This document shows positions 53,745-62,685 of a stretch of DNA of 64,000 nucleotides, one piece after another (the first letter of the stretch is position 1; every line of letters starts with the position of its first letter). Origin of the DNA: an uncultured Actinomycetota bacterium (GTDB lineage: Bacteria; Actinomycetota; Coriobacteriia; Anaerosomatales; JAGXFU01); contig CAWBOJ010000007.1 of the NCBI GenBank assembly GCA_963790405.1, forward strand, positions 35,158 to 99,157, read 5' to 3'. Under the pieces are notes generated by a model that saw only the letters and a program-made list of their open reading frames with translations, was not told the origin of the DNA and made no database searches. Position numbers and translations under genes: made by a program.

Positions 53745-54076
53745 CGGGGCGCGTCACCGTCCTGGCTACCATACAGCGCATCAACGGCCCGGGCGGTCTT
53801 GTCGCCGTTGGATACGGCAGGCGTGTCGGTCTCCACTACCTCTGGCGGCACACGTCGGCCAATCGCGAAGTAGAGAATCGCGCCCAATGCGAGGTTGCTC
53901 AGGAAAATGATCAGTACGGCCCACAACCACTTGCGCCCTCCGGCGACCCGCTCGCGACGCGCGAGGTCCACAAGCGCCCATATCTGCACGCCGATCTGGA
54001 CCACGCCCAGCGCAAGGATCGCGTACACCACGCCGTTCGAAACCCCGCCCAACGCATCCGATATTGCCTGAATCAT
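53741..54076 (-). CDS. Small membrane protein with a PLD-nuclease N-terminal (PLDc_N-type) domain.
   Basis: ..VQIWALVDLARRERVAGGRKWLWAVLIIFLSNLALGAILYFAIGRR. Two TM helices. Confidence 0.7.
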   Translation of the reverse strand: MIQAISDALGGVSNGVVYAILALGVVQIGVQIWALVDLARRERVAGGRKWLWAVLIIFLSNLALGAILYFAIGRRVPPEVVETDTPAVSNGDKTARAVDALYGSQDGDAPR

Positions 54077-54113
54077 TCGTCCCGTCCCTTCTCGTCACCA
54101 GTGCAGTGCTACC

Positions 54114-55052
54114 CTACTCCCCCAAATCGCGCTTCATCTCTTCGGCTCGTCCGAGGCGTGAGAGCGCGACAAGCATCACGAACGGTATCCCAACCGTCAG
54201 CGCGATCATGACCCACGGCCACGCCCACCCGAAGCGGATCCCTTGCGCCTCTGCCAACGTCACTACAAGCACGCCACCCGCGACTGTCACGAACATGCTT
54301 GCCGCGGCGGTCGTGAGCACCCGAGAGGCCTTGTCGCGCCCCGATGCGAAGAACCACAGTGCGAACATCGCGGGCAACACCGCAAGTGCGAGTTCCACCA
54401 ACAGAGTCACGCCCGCAGAGGCCCAACCGTCAGGCACGCCGGTGTAGTCCCAGTGGATCGCTACCTGCTCAGGCAGAGTCGGCCACATCAGGGCAACTGC
54501 CGTCGCAAGTGCAAGAGCCGCCAGAACCGGGATCAGCAAAGCCACCCACAGGTAGCGCTCCGGAACGCTGGCAAACGGCTCATCCTCATCGTCAGGCCGG
54601 ATCATGCCGGTCTTGACCGCAAGTGCCGCGAAGTTGATCGTCCACCCGAGTCCGACCAATTTCGGCGTGAAGATGCGTGGGTCTTCCGGGTTCCAAATCC
54701 GGGTACGCAGATTCTCAGGTGTCGGCGCTTTGATGTCATACGGCATGCCGAGCACGTGTCCCGCAGGCTGAGCGACATCCTCGCTCGGCTTCGCTCCTCG
54801 GCGACGTGTGACCTCTTCACACAATGCGACTGCGTACTCATCAGGCTCACCGAGCTGTGCGGCAAGCACTTTCACATCCTCGACACTTGAGTCTGAATCG
54901 AGCGACTCGAGGAAGTGCGATCGAGTCTCCGCGAGTGTTTCCTCGGCAAGCTCGCTGGCAACGCCGCAGAATCCCGCCTGCAAGCGCGAGAGGTACGACT
55001 CGATCTCTGCCCGGGCCTCGGGCCTCAGCTCCGAAAGATCACGCACGGGCAT
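54114..55052 (-). CDS. PadR-associated sensor-type membrane protein (DUF1700/HAAS-like N-terminus, DUF1648-like membrane domain).
   Basis: MPVRDLSELRPEARAEIESYLSRLQAGF..ETRSHFLESL, then the TM region with ..PEQVAIHWDYTGVPDGW... The start overlaps the end of padR. Confidence 0.65.
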   Translation of the reverse strand: MPVRDLSELRPEARAEIESYLSRLQAGFCGVASELAEETLAETRSHFLESLDSDSSVEDVKVLAAQLGEPDEYAVALCEEVTRRRGAKPSEDVAQPAGHVLGMPYDIKAPTPENLRTRIWNPEDPRIFTPKLVGLGWTINFAALAVKTGMIRPDDEDEPFASVPERYLWVALLIPVLAALALATAVALMWPTLPEQVAIHWDYTGVPDGWASAGVTLLVELALAVLPAMFALWFFASGRDKASRVLTTAAASMFVTVAGGVLVVTLAEAQGIRFGWAWPWVMIALTVGIPFVMLVALSRLGRAEEMKRDLGE

Positions 55053-55437
55053 CCGACTCAACCCCTTCCAGCATCTCGTCGATGCCCTTCGAGACACTCC
55101 GCCAGGCGGTCACCATGTCAGCAAGCTCTGCGCGGCCGTCCGCTGTGAGCGAGTAGTACTTGCGCGGCGGGCCCACAGGCGACTCGCGCCACACCGACTC
55201 GATCAGACCCGCCTTGCGGAGGCGTGACAACAGCGGGTACACGGTACCGCCGCTTATCGCGAGTTCCCTGTGCGCGGACAGGGCCGTCACGATCTCAGAT
55301 CCGTACATCTCGGCACGAGACAACATGCCGAGAATCGCAATCTCGACAACACCTTTGCGAATCTGGGAGATCCAGCAGTCCTTCTCGCCTGCCACGGTTC
55401 TCTCGCACCACCTTCCGCTGCTCTCGATCCCCTTCAT
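55039..55437 (-). CDS. PadR-family transcriptional regulator.
   Basis: ..KGVVEIAILGMLSRAEMYGSEIVTAL..ISGGTVYPLLSRLRKAGLIESVWRESPVGPPRKYYSLTADG. The start is uncertain because the ORF is open to 55464. Confidence 0.88.
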   Translation of the reverse strand: MKGIESSGRWCERTVAGEKDCWISQIRKGVVEIAILGMLSRAEMYGSEIVTALSAHRELAISGGTVYPLLSRLRKAGLIESVWRESPVGPPRKYYSLTADGRAELADMVTAWRSVSKGIDEMLEGVESDARA

Positions 55438-55534
55438 GGTACCGCCAGGTAGCTTGTGTGGCAAGGTACCTTGCCAAGGTTTCTACCGATGTGGTGCTCG
55501 GCTTGTGCTCGCGCCGGTACGACGCACGTACGCG

Positions 55535-56257
55535 TCAGGCTCGCGTTTCTCTGGCAACCTGTTCGAAGAGTGCGTCGTAGGCCGGGATGAGCCGGTCGAA
55601 TGTGTACTGCTCGGCCAGCACCCTCCCCTGCCCCGGTGTCGGCCGCTGCTGCACGAGAGACCGCAATGTCCCCACAAGCTGCTCGCTGTCGGCATAGCGG
55701 AACTCCGAAGGGTAGAGCTCTGCGTACGCAAGGCGGTCGGGTACGACCGGGTAGCATCCTGCATACGCCGCCTCGATCATCGCCAGGCCGAAGAACTCGT
55801 TGTGTGCGGTAGACACCGCGATGTCGGCGCCCGCAAGCAATCCAGCGTAGGCATCTCGATCTTCCGGCTCACCTATATGCATGAGCCGCTCACCCAAGGT
55901 CTGCTCGGCAACGAGAATCGATTCCGGAATGTCGCGGAAGGCCTGCCCCGCCACAGCGACTTCGAAGTCGAGTCCTTCCTCGGCCAGGCGCGCAACTGCC
56001 GCGAAGAACGCATCGGGGTCCTTGTCGTGCTCCCAACGATGAGGCCACACGATTCGCGGGCGGCTTCCCCGTGGAGCCGCGAATGCGCTCATCCCCCCAA
56101 GCGCGCGATCGAAGGGCGCAGGATCGAAGGGAGGCGCGAGCACACACGACTTGGCTTCGATCGCCTCGCGCGTGCCTTTAGGCTGGTGATCCGGGAACTG
56201 CCTGAGAAACGGCTCGACCTCATCGAGCAGCGTCTCCAACGTGAAACGAGTGTTGAT
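55535..56257 (-). pseudogene. GT4-type glycosyltransferase (DUF3524-associated family) lacking its N-terminal ~170 aa. It is cut at the composition junction.
   Basis: Readable protein starts at ..INTRFTLETLLDEVEPFLRQFPD.. and ends ..STAHNEFFGLAMIEAAYAGCYPVVPDRLAYAELY... Residues upstream of 56257 in the ORF are junk from the neighbouring DNA. Confidence 0.7.
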
Positions 56258-56261
56258 TCGC

Positions 56262-56465
56262 CTCACCGTCGAGATCGAACAGCGGGACCAGCCCGAAGAG
56301 CCGCCCATGGCCGAAGCCGACGCGCGAGATCTCGGCGAGGGCACCGGCCAGCAGCAACAGGGCCGCCCCCGCGCCGAGGACCACGACGGCCCGGCGGGGC
56401 GAGATGCGCACCCTCAGTGCCCGATCCTCCGCCCGCGCGCTCGGCGCATCCTCGTCGATCGGCAT
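56262..56465 (-). pseudogene. N-terminal ~68-aa fragment of a membrane protein, cut at the composition junction.
   Basis: MPIDEDAPSARAEDRALRVRISPRRAVVVLGAGAALLLLAGALAEISRVGFGHGRLFGLVPLFDLDGE, after which the ORF reads into foreign sequence. GC3 is very high, like the rest of part B. Confidence 0.55.
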
Positions 56466-56614
56466 TCCTTCTCCAGGCTCGCCGCTGTGCGGTGAGTGTT
56501 ACAAAGCTGGTCACCAATACCCAGAGAACGTAGATAAGTCTCATGAGGCGCCCTCGGCGCCGGTGTGCGCGTCGGCTCGCTGGCACGCGGTACGCCGTTG
56601 GGATAGAAGGAGGA

Positions 56615-57229
56615 ATGTCGGAGCGGCGCACGCGCACGGCCAACAGCGAGCTGGTCCGGCTCCTGCCCGCCCAGGGGGACGCCCTGGCCGAGGCCCGGGC
56701 GATGGTGGAGGAGGTCGAGGGGCTCTCCCGCGCCGCCCGCGACGACATCGCCCTGCTCCTGACGGAACTGGTGGGCAACAGCCTCCGGCACGCCGGGCTC
56801 GGGCCCGACGACCGGATCCGGGTCCGGATCGCGCGCCAGCGGGGCTCTGTGCGCGTGGAGGTCATCGACCCGGGTCCCGGCTTCTCGCCGATGCGCGAGC
56901 GGCCGGGGCGGCGTCAGACCGGCGGGCGCGGCATCTACCTCGTCGAGCAGGTGGCCGACCGCTGGGGCCTGGAGCGCACCGGGGAGACCTGCGTCTGGTT
57001 CGAGCTCTGGATCGGCGACTCGCGCACGCGGCATCGCCTGCGGGCGCCGGACGACATCCTCGCCCCCGCCGACCTCGCCTCCATGTCCGAGTCGCAGCTC
57101 AAGGAGTCGCTCGGGGTGCTGACCCACGACGAGCGCACCGTCTCGGCCGAGCGGAACACCCTCCACGAGCGCATCGCCGAGGTACGGCGCGAACTGGAGG
57201 ATCGCGGGGTGCCCGGACACCGGGCGTGA
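56615..57229 (+). CDS. RsbW/SpoIIAB-like HATPase (anti-sigma-kinase-type) protein with a C-terminal RsiG-like helix.
   Basis: ATG after GAAGGAGGA. N-box LTELVGNSLRHAG, G1 VIDPGPGF, G2 GGRGIYLVEQVADRWG. The C-terminus SESQLKESLGVLTHDERTVSAERNTLHERIAEVRRELEDR carries E-x3-S-x2-R-x3-H-x3-A. Confidence 0.75.
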   Translation: MSERRTRTANSELVRLLPAQGDALAEARAMVEEVEGLSRAARDDIALLLTELVGNSLRHAGLGPDDRIRVRIARQRGSVRVEVIDPGPGFSPMRERPGRRQTGGRGIYLVEQVADRWGLERTGETCVWFELWIGDSRTRHRLRAPDDILAPADLASMSESQLKESLGVLTHDERTVSAERNTLHERIAEVRRELEDRGVPGHRA

Positions 57230-57285
57230 CGGATCGCCGGGCGGCGGCGGAGACGCGTTGACCGGCGGCGATTCGAGGGGGCGCG

Positions 57286-57756
57286 ATGCGGATGGGACGC
57301 GAGCGATGGGCGGCGCTGGCGGTGGCCGGCACCCTGGCGGCGGCGGCGCTCTCAGGATGCGGCGACGGCGGGGGCGCCGGCGCCGCCCCCGCGCCGGCCG
57401 GCGACGTGCGCCTCGTCGCCCCGCCCGACGGCTCCCCCGCCACCGGCCAGATGCTCGCGGCCTCGGGGCTGTCGGTGCAGGAGGCGCTGGCCGGCTCCGG
57501 CGGCGAACCGCTGGTGGTGCGGGCCTTCATCGTGGTGGCGCCCGACGGCGCCGCCCGCCTCTGCGACGCGCTGGCCGAGTCGTCGCCACCGCAGTGCGGA
57601 GGAGCGTCGATGCCGGTGACGGGGCTCGCGCCGGAGATGGTGGACGGGCTCGAGGCCCGCGAGGGAGTGCGCTGGTCGGAGGGCCAGGTGCAGCTCATCG
57701 GCAGCGTGCGGGACGGGTCCTTCGCGAACGATCCGGCCGCGCTCGCGGCCGGCTGA
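57286..57756 (+). CDS. Hypothetical lipoprotein.
   Basis: Signal peptide with lipobox (AAALSGC). GC3-rich 156-aa ORF. Confidence 0.65.
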   Translation: MRMGRERWAALAVAGTLAAAALSGCGDGGGAGAAPAPAGDVRLVAPPDGSPATGQMLAASGLSVQEALAGSGGEPLVVRAFIVVAPDGAARLCDALAESSPPQCGGASMPVTGLAPEMVDGLEAREGVRWSEGQVQLIGSVRDGSFANDPAALAAG

Positions 57757-57759
57757 GGC

Positions 57760-58731
57760 TCAGGGGCCGGCCCGCCCGCCGCCGGCGACGAGGAACGGCG
57801 GCCCGCGCTCGGGGAGCGGCACCTCGACCGCGTCGAGATCCGCGGGCGCCACCGCGGAGGGGAAGACCGCGCGCGCCTCGGCGAGCACCTCCTCGCGCGG
57901 GTACCGGCTGGAGCGGTGCGTCAGCGCCAGCAGGCCCACCCCGGCCCGGGCCGCGAGTGCCGCCGCCTGGGCGGCCGTCGAGTGCCCGGCCCTGCCGGCG
58001 AGGTCGCGGTCGGCCTCGAGGAACGTGGCCTCGTGCACGAGGAGGTCGGCGCCCGCGGCGGCCGCCGCGATCGCCCGGGCCGGCCGGGTGTCGCCCGAGT
58101 AGACGATGCGGCGCCCACGGCGCGCCGGGCCGGTCACCTCGCCGGGCGCGACGTCCCGGAGCCCCTCGCCCCCCGCCAGCCGCGCACGGTCCGGGCCGGG
58201 GCCGACGCCGCGCGCGGCCAGCGCGCCGGGGTCGAGATGGCCGGGCAGGGGGTCCTCGGCGATCGCCCAGCCGAGGGCCGGGCCGTCGTGCCGCGCCTCC
58301 ACCGCCTCGATCCGGTAGCCGCGCCGGACGAGCCCCTCGCCCGGCGCCGTCTCACGCACGTCGAGGCCGAAGGCGAGCGGCCCCACCTGGGACAGGAATC
58401 CCTCGACCAGGGCGCCCAGGCCCGGCGGTCCGAGGATCGGGAGGTCGTCGCGGCGCGTCTCCGACAGCGTCGCGAGCAGACCCGGCAACCCGAGTACGTG
58501 GTCGGCGTGGCAGTGGGTGACCAGGACGGCGCGCAGACGGCGGAGGCCGGGCCGCGACAGCATCATCTGGCGCTGGGTCCCCTCGCCGCAGTCGATCAGG
58601 AGGTGGTCCCCTCCGCGCATGACCACCGCCGCGGCGACACCGCGCTCGGGGGTGGGCCAGCGGGCGCCCGTGCCGAGGAAGACCACCGTCAGCTGGGGGA
58701 TCCCGGGCGACCGGGCCGGGGCGGGCCCCAC
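57760..58731 (-). CDS. rnz: Ribonuclease Z / MBL-fold hydrolase.
   Basis: LTVVFLGTGARWPTPERG..LIDCGEGTQRQM..VLVTHCHADHVLGLPGLL (HxHxDH).. Confidence 0.8.
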   Translation of the reverse strand: MGPAPARSPGIPQLTVVFLGTGARWPTPERGVAAAVVMRGGDHLLIDCGEGTQRQMMLSRPGLRRLRAVLVTHCHADHVLGLPGLLATLSETRRDDLPILGPPGLGALVEGFLSQVGPLAFGLDVRETAPGEGLVRRGYRIEAVEARHDGPALGWAIAEDPLPGHLDPGALAARGVGPGPDRARLAGGEGLRDVAPGEVTGPARRGRRIVYSGDTRPARAIAAAAAGADLLVHEATFLEADRDLAGRAGHSTAAQAAALAARAGVGLLALTHRSSRYPREEVLAEARAVFPSAVAPADLDAVEVPLPERGPPFLVAGGGRAGP

Positions 58732-58740
58732 CGCCGCCCC

Positions 58741-59175
58741 TCAGCCGCCCTCGGCGGCGGGGCGGACGAGCAGCACCGAACAGGGGGCGTGGTAGGCGAT
58801 GTACCCGGCGAAGCCGCCGAGGAGCGTCCGCTGGACGCGGCCGCGATGCGCGGCCGCGACGGCCAGGTCAACGCCCTCGCGCCGCAGGTACGCGCAGGCC
58901 TCGCCGGGCGCCCACCCCTCGAGCAGCACCGGCACCGACCCAGGGACCTCGGCGGCCCGGTCGGCGATCCACGCCCGCGCCGCGGCGAGGGTCTCCTCGA
59001 GCGGGTACGAGACGCCGTACAGGTCGCCGTAGAGCGGCCACGGCGTGGTCGCGATGTGCACCAGATGAAGCTCGCCCGGCGACTGCGCGCGCAGGGCGAC
59101 GGCCTCGGCGCGCACGGCCTCCGACGCCGGATCCTCGTCGATGAAACAGGCGATCTTCGCGTACGGGGCGGGCAT
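58741..59175 (-). CDS. Universal stress protein family.
   Basis: MPAPYAKIACFIDEDPAS.., C-terminal ..RTLLGGFAGYIAYHAPCSVLLVR is USP-like. The ORF is open to 59208. Confidence 0.65.
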   Translation of the reverse strand: MPAPYAKIACFIDEDPASEAVRAEAVALRAQSPGELHLVHIATTPWPLYGDLYGVSYPLEETLAAARAWIADRAAEVPGSVPVLLEGWAPGEACAYLRREGVDLAVAAAHRGRVQRTLLGGFAGYIAYHAPCSVLLVRPAAEGG

Positions 59176-59343
59176 GGTCTCCTCATGGTCCGGCGGGCCG
59201 GTCATCACCGAGAGTGGTCGCTGCGCGACCCGGCGGCGTCCGCGCCGGCCCGCGCCTCCTCACGGCAAAACCGCATCGGACGCCAGCATCGGCGCTCCAC
59301 GATACCCGGGCCGGTCGCGGCACCGGATGACAGGATTGCCGCG

Positions 59344-60117
59344 ATGCCCGCGCTCCACGTCCATTCCTGGGGGCCGCCCGGCGGAGCGGCGCTGCTCGTG
59401 GTCCACGGGGTCACCAACACCGGGGCGCGCTACCGCCGCCTCGCCGAGGCCGAGCTCCCCGGCGTGCGCGTCCTGGCGCCCGACCTGCGCGGGCACGGAC
59501 GCTCGTCGTGGGATCCCCCGTGGGGCATCGAGCAGCACGTCAACGACCTGATCGCCACGCTCGACGCGGAGGGCGTCGGGCGGGCCGTGGTCGCCGGCCA
59601 CTCCTTCGGCGGCCTCCTGGCGCTGCACCTGGCCGCCCGCACCCCGGAGCGGGTGCGGGGCGTGGTGCTGCTCGATCCGGCCGTGGCGCTGTCCCCCCGG
59701 CGGGCCGGGGCGCAGGCCGAGGAGGCGCGGCGCGACGAGGGATGGGCCTCGGTGGAGGAGGCCCGCGGCGCCCGGGAGGCCCTGCGGCCCGCACATGCGC
59801 GCGACACGGTCGAGGAGGACCTCGCCACCTTCCTCGAGCAGTCGCCCGACGGCCGCGTGCGGTTCCGCTTCTCGCGGCCCGCCGCGGTCGCGGCCTGGGG
59901 CGAGATGGCGCGGGTCGCGCCCTCCCTCGCCGGATACCCTGGCGAGGTGACCCTCGTCGCCGCGAACCGTGCCGACTTCGTCACGCCGCGAGTGCGCGAC
60001 GGGCTGCGCCGCGACCTCGGACCGCGCCTCACCGAGGTCGGCATCGATGCCGGCCACATGCTCTTCTGGGACGCGCCCGCCGAGGTCGGGGCGATCATCC
60101 GCGGAGCCCTCGCCTGA
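59344..60117 (+). CDS. Alpha/beta-fold hydrolase.
   Basis: In-frame ATG inside the 733-aa ORF 57916..60117. ..[40 protein letters not shown] (nucleophile elbow)..DAGHMLF. Confidence 0.8.
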   Translation: MPALHVHSWGPPGGAALLVVHGVTNTGARYRRLAEAELPGVRVLAPDLRGHGRSSWDPPWGIEQHVNDLIATLDAEGVGRAVVAGHSFGGLLALHLAARTPERVRGVVLLDPAVALSPRRAGAQAEEARRDEGWASVEEARGAREALRPAHARDTVEEDLATFLEQSPDGRVRFRFSRPAAVAAWGEMARVAPSLAGYPGEVTLVAANRADFVTPRVRDGLRRDLGPRLTEVGIDAGHMLFWDAPAEVGAIIRGALA

Positions 60118-60296
60118 TGGCCGGCGCGCGCGCCACCCGCCGGCTCGCCTGGGCCTCGTACGGCACCGCGATCGGTCTCGCGCTCGGGACCGTGGTCGGC
60201 CTGGCCACGGGCGCCGGGATCTCCGCCGCGGCCGGCGCCGCCGTCGGTGCGGTGGGCGGCGTCGTGCTCGGCCGCCGCCGGGAGCGGCGCGCGTGA
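60117..60296 (+). CDS. Small glycine-zipper membrane protein (59 aa).
   Basis: The ATG overlaps the hydrolase TGA. ..[37 protein letters not shown].. The stop overlaps the qor GTG. Confidence 0.5.
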   Translation: MAGARATRRLAWASYGTAIGLALGTVVGLATGAGISAAAGAAVGAVGGVVLGRRRERRA

Positions 60297-61279
60297 GGGC
60301 GATCCACGTGGCGCGTCCCGGGGGGCCCGAGGTGCTCGAGCTCGGCGAGGCCCCCGACCCCCGCCCCGGCGAGGGCGAGGTGGTGCTCGAGGTCGCCGCG
60401 ACCGCCGTGAACCGGGCCGACATCATGCAGCGCGAGGGCCGCTATCCCCCTCCGGCCGGCGCGAGCGGCATCCTCGGTCTGGAGGCGGCCGGGACGGTCG
60501 CCGAGGTGGGCCCGGGCGTGCGCGGATGGGCGCCGGGCGACCGGGCGATGGCCCTCCTCGCGGGCGGAGGCTACGCCGAGCGCGTCGCCGTCCCGGCGGG
60601 CCAGCTGATGCCGGTGCCCGAGGGCATGGACCTCTCCGACGCCGCCGCGGTGCCGGAGGTCTTCCTGACGGCGTGGCTCTCCCTGCGCCGCCTCACCGCC
60701 CTGGCCGCCGGGGAGAAGCTGCTGGTGCACGCGGCCGGCAGCGGCGTGGGCACCGCCGCGATCCAGGTGGCCGCCGAGCTCGGTGCGCGATCGATCGGGA
60801 CGGTGCGGCGCCCGGACAAGGCCACGGCGGTCGAGGCGCTCGGGGCGACCTGCATCGTCACGACGGACGGGCGCTTCGCCGACGCCGTGCGCGAGGACAC
60901 GGGCGGCCATGGCGCCGACGTGATCCTCGACCTGGTGGGCGCCTCCTACTGGTCGGAGAACGTGCGCAGCCTGGCCCGGCTCGGCAGGCTGTCGCTGGTC
61001 GGCCTGGTCGGCGGGGCGCGGGTGGAGGTCGACCTCTCCGCGCTGCTGCCGCTGCAGGCCACGGTGCGGGCGTCGACGCTGCGGGCGCGTACCCGGGAGG
61101 AGAAGGCCGATCTCGCCTCCGAGTTCGCCGAATGGGGCGTGCCCCGTCTCGCCGACGGACGCCTGCGCCCGGTCGTCGACCGGGTGCTCCCGCTCGAGCG
61201 CGCAGCGGAGGCCCACCGGGTGGTGGGCGGCGACCAGACGGTCGGAAAGGTCGTCCTCCGGGTCACCGGCGGAGGGTGA
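60293..61279 (+). CDS. qor: NADPH:quinone oxidoreductase (zeta-crystallin/MDR family).
   Basis: ..[61 protein letters not shown] start at 60293 within ORF 59969..61279. Confidence 0.85.
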   Translation: MRAIHVARPGGPEVLELGEAPDPRPGEGEVVLEVAATAVNRADIMQREGRYPPPAGASGILGLEAAGTVAEVGPGVRGWAPGDRAMALLAGGGYAERVAVPAGQLMPVPEGMDLSDAAAVPEVFLTAWLSLRRLTALAAGEKLLVHAAGSGVGTAAIQVAAELGARSIGTVRRPDKATAVEALGATCIVTTDGRFADAVREDTGGHGADVILDLVGASYWSENVRSLARLGRLSLVGLVGGARVEVDLSALLPLQATVRASTLRARTREEKADLASEFAEWGVPRLADGRLRPVVDRVLPLERAAEAHRVVGGDQTVGKVVLRVTGGG

Positions 61280-61326
61280 CCGATGCGCTACGGTTCGGCC
61301 CTCGATTTCCCCGGAAGGGAGAGCAC

Positions 61327-61471
61327 ATGAAGAAGCTCCTGATGCTGCTGGTCCTGGGTGGACTGGTACTGGCTCGTCAAGGACCGCCTCGGCGGCGAGC
61401 CCGACGAGTTCGTGTTCACCGAGGCGCCCCCCGCGGGCGAGGCGCAGCCCACGCCGCCGCCGGCGGTCTGA
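61327..61471 (+). pseudogene. Small membrane protein, apparently with a 1-nt indel.
   Basis: ATG after GGAAGGGAGAG. MKKLLMLLVLGGLVL.. shifts to ..LVKDRLGGEPDEFVFTEAPPAGEAQPTPPPAV*. The 145-nt span is not a multiple of 3. Confidence 0.4.
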
Positions 61472-61480
61472 CCCCGCTCC

Positions 61481-61966
61481 GTGGGGCTCCGTCTCTCCGA
61501 TGACCACTCGGAGCTCGTCCGGTCGGTCGAGCCCGAGCTCCGAGTGGCGGCGGAGGCGATCGGGATGGGCCTCCGCGAGCAACTGGTGCGTCTCGCCCCC
61601 GGGCTGACCCGGGCCGGCGGCGACGGCTCCGACCCCTCCGCCCTGCTGGTCTCGCTCGATCTGGACCACGAGGGCGCGCCCGACGCGCTGTCGCTCGCGG
61701 CCTGCGTCGCCGCCCACCGGGCCTATGTCACGGCCCGCGGGCGGCCCGAGGGCGTGAGCGCCGGGGCGCTCGCGATCGCGCGCCTGCTGGTGTGGGCGCA
61801 GCGGGCGGCCCTACTCGGCCCGGCCCCCCGGATCGGCTGGATCGGCCCGGCCGCCCGCCGTCCCGACGGCGACGCCGACAGCCTCCCGCTCGCCGCCCGC
61901 TGCGCCCTCGAGGTGGACGGCGCCACCCGCCGCGCGGAGGCGCTCGCGCTCGTCGCCCGCCCCTAG
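61481..61966 (+). CDS. Hypothetical protein.
   Basis: 161-aa GTG-initiated ORF with consistently G/C-ending codons. No motif recognised. Confidence 0.4.
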   Translation: MGLRLSDDHSELVRSVEPELRVAAEAIGMGLREQLVRLAPGLTRAGGDGSDPSALLVSLDLDHEGAPDALSLAACVAAHRAYVTARGRPEGVSAGALAIARLLVWAQRAALLGPAPRIGWIGPAARRPDGDADSLPLAARCALEVDGATRRAEALALVARP

Positions 61967-62569
61967 GGCACCGCAGAACCACCCCCCGAGGGCGACGAGC
62001 CACAACACCACCGGATACGCGATCCAGCGCTCGATCCCGCCCTCCCCAGGGCGTCGACGGGGCCCCAGTCAAGCAGGGTCATCGCGAGCGCCAGGCTGAC
62101 CAGGGTGGTCGCCGAGCGCCCGGGAGATCCAGCCCATCGCGCCCCCGAGGACCCTCCCCGACAGCACCGCCGCGACGCCGCCGCCGATAAATGCCATCTG
62201 GGCGAAGAGCGGATGCGGGGCCGTGTTCCCCGGGAAGAGACCGACGCCGAGGATCCCCGTTCCGAGGATGGCGAGGGGGATGCTCAGGCGCCGCCGGCCG
62301 GTCGCGCGGTGCGCGAGGGCGGCGGCGGCCAGCACCAGGGCGCCCGCCACGGCCATGGTGATGTCGAAGATCGCCGCCGAGGGCTGCAGGATCACGCTGT
62401 CGGGCGGCTCGGTCGCGCCGAGGTCGCTGATCATGCTCTCGCCGGTGGAGTAGGCCGCGGGGTACAGGGCCTCGGCGGTGATGATGCCCATCAGGATGCC
62501 CGCTCCGGCGACGACGAGCAGCGTTCCCGCCGCGTCGCGCGCGACATGCCGTGGGATCGGGGTGCGCAT
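61964..62569 (-). pseudogene. DUF998-like integral membrane protein. The C-terminal third is frameshifted.
   Basis: ORF 62069..62569 (..ITAEALYPAAYSTGESMISDLG..) continues by hand as ..[17 protein letters not shown].. and ..[19 protein letters not shown].. (ORF 61811..62011 frame). The end is approximate. Confidence 0.5.
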
Positions 62570-62685
62570 GATCGGCCTCCGCGGGGTGGATCGGCTCCAT
62601 GCTCGCCGCCCCGCCGGGGGCGCGGCATCCGGTGGCGCGCGGCCGGGCGGTGCGGGTTACCCGCGGCCCCCCGCCGGACCCCGAC

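Noticed and set aside
57258-58520. 420-aa plus-strand ORF, extremely rich in Arg/Pro/Gly/Ala. Similar ORFs occur at 57099..57698, 58689..59186 and 59260..60426.
   Set aside because: They are antisense or out of frame to clear genes (RNase Z, USP, hydrolase). Their low-complexity composition is typical of stop-free shadow frames in DNA above 70% GC.
57916-59343. The N-terminal 476 aa of the 733-aa ORF 57916..60117.
   Set aside because: Only the last 257 aa (from the ATG at 59344) look like a real alpha/beta hydrolase. The upstream part is antisense to rnz and the USP gene and has shadow-frame composition.
60095-61717. 540-aa minus-strand ORF.
   Set aside because: It is antisense to the well-supported qor gene and the small downstream genes. 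It is Arg/Gly/Pro-rich with no motifs.
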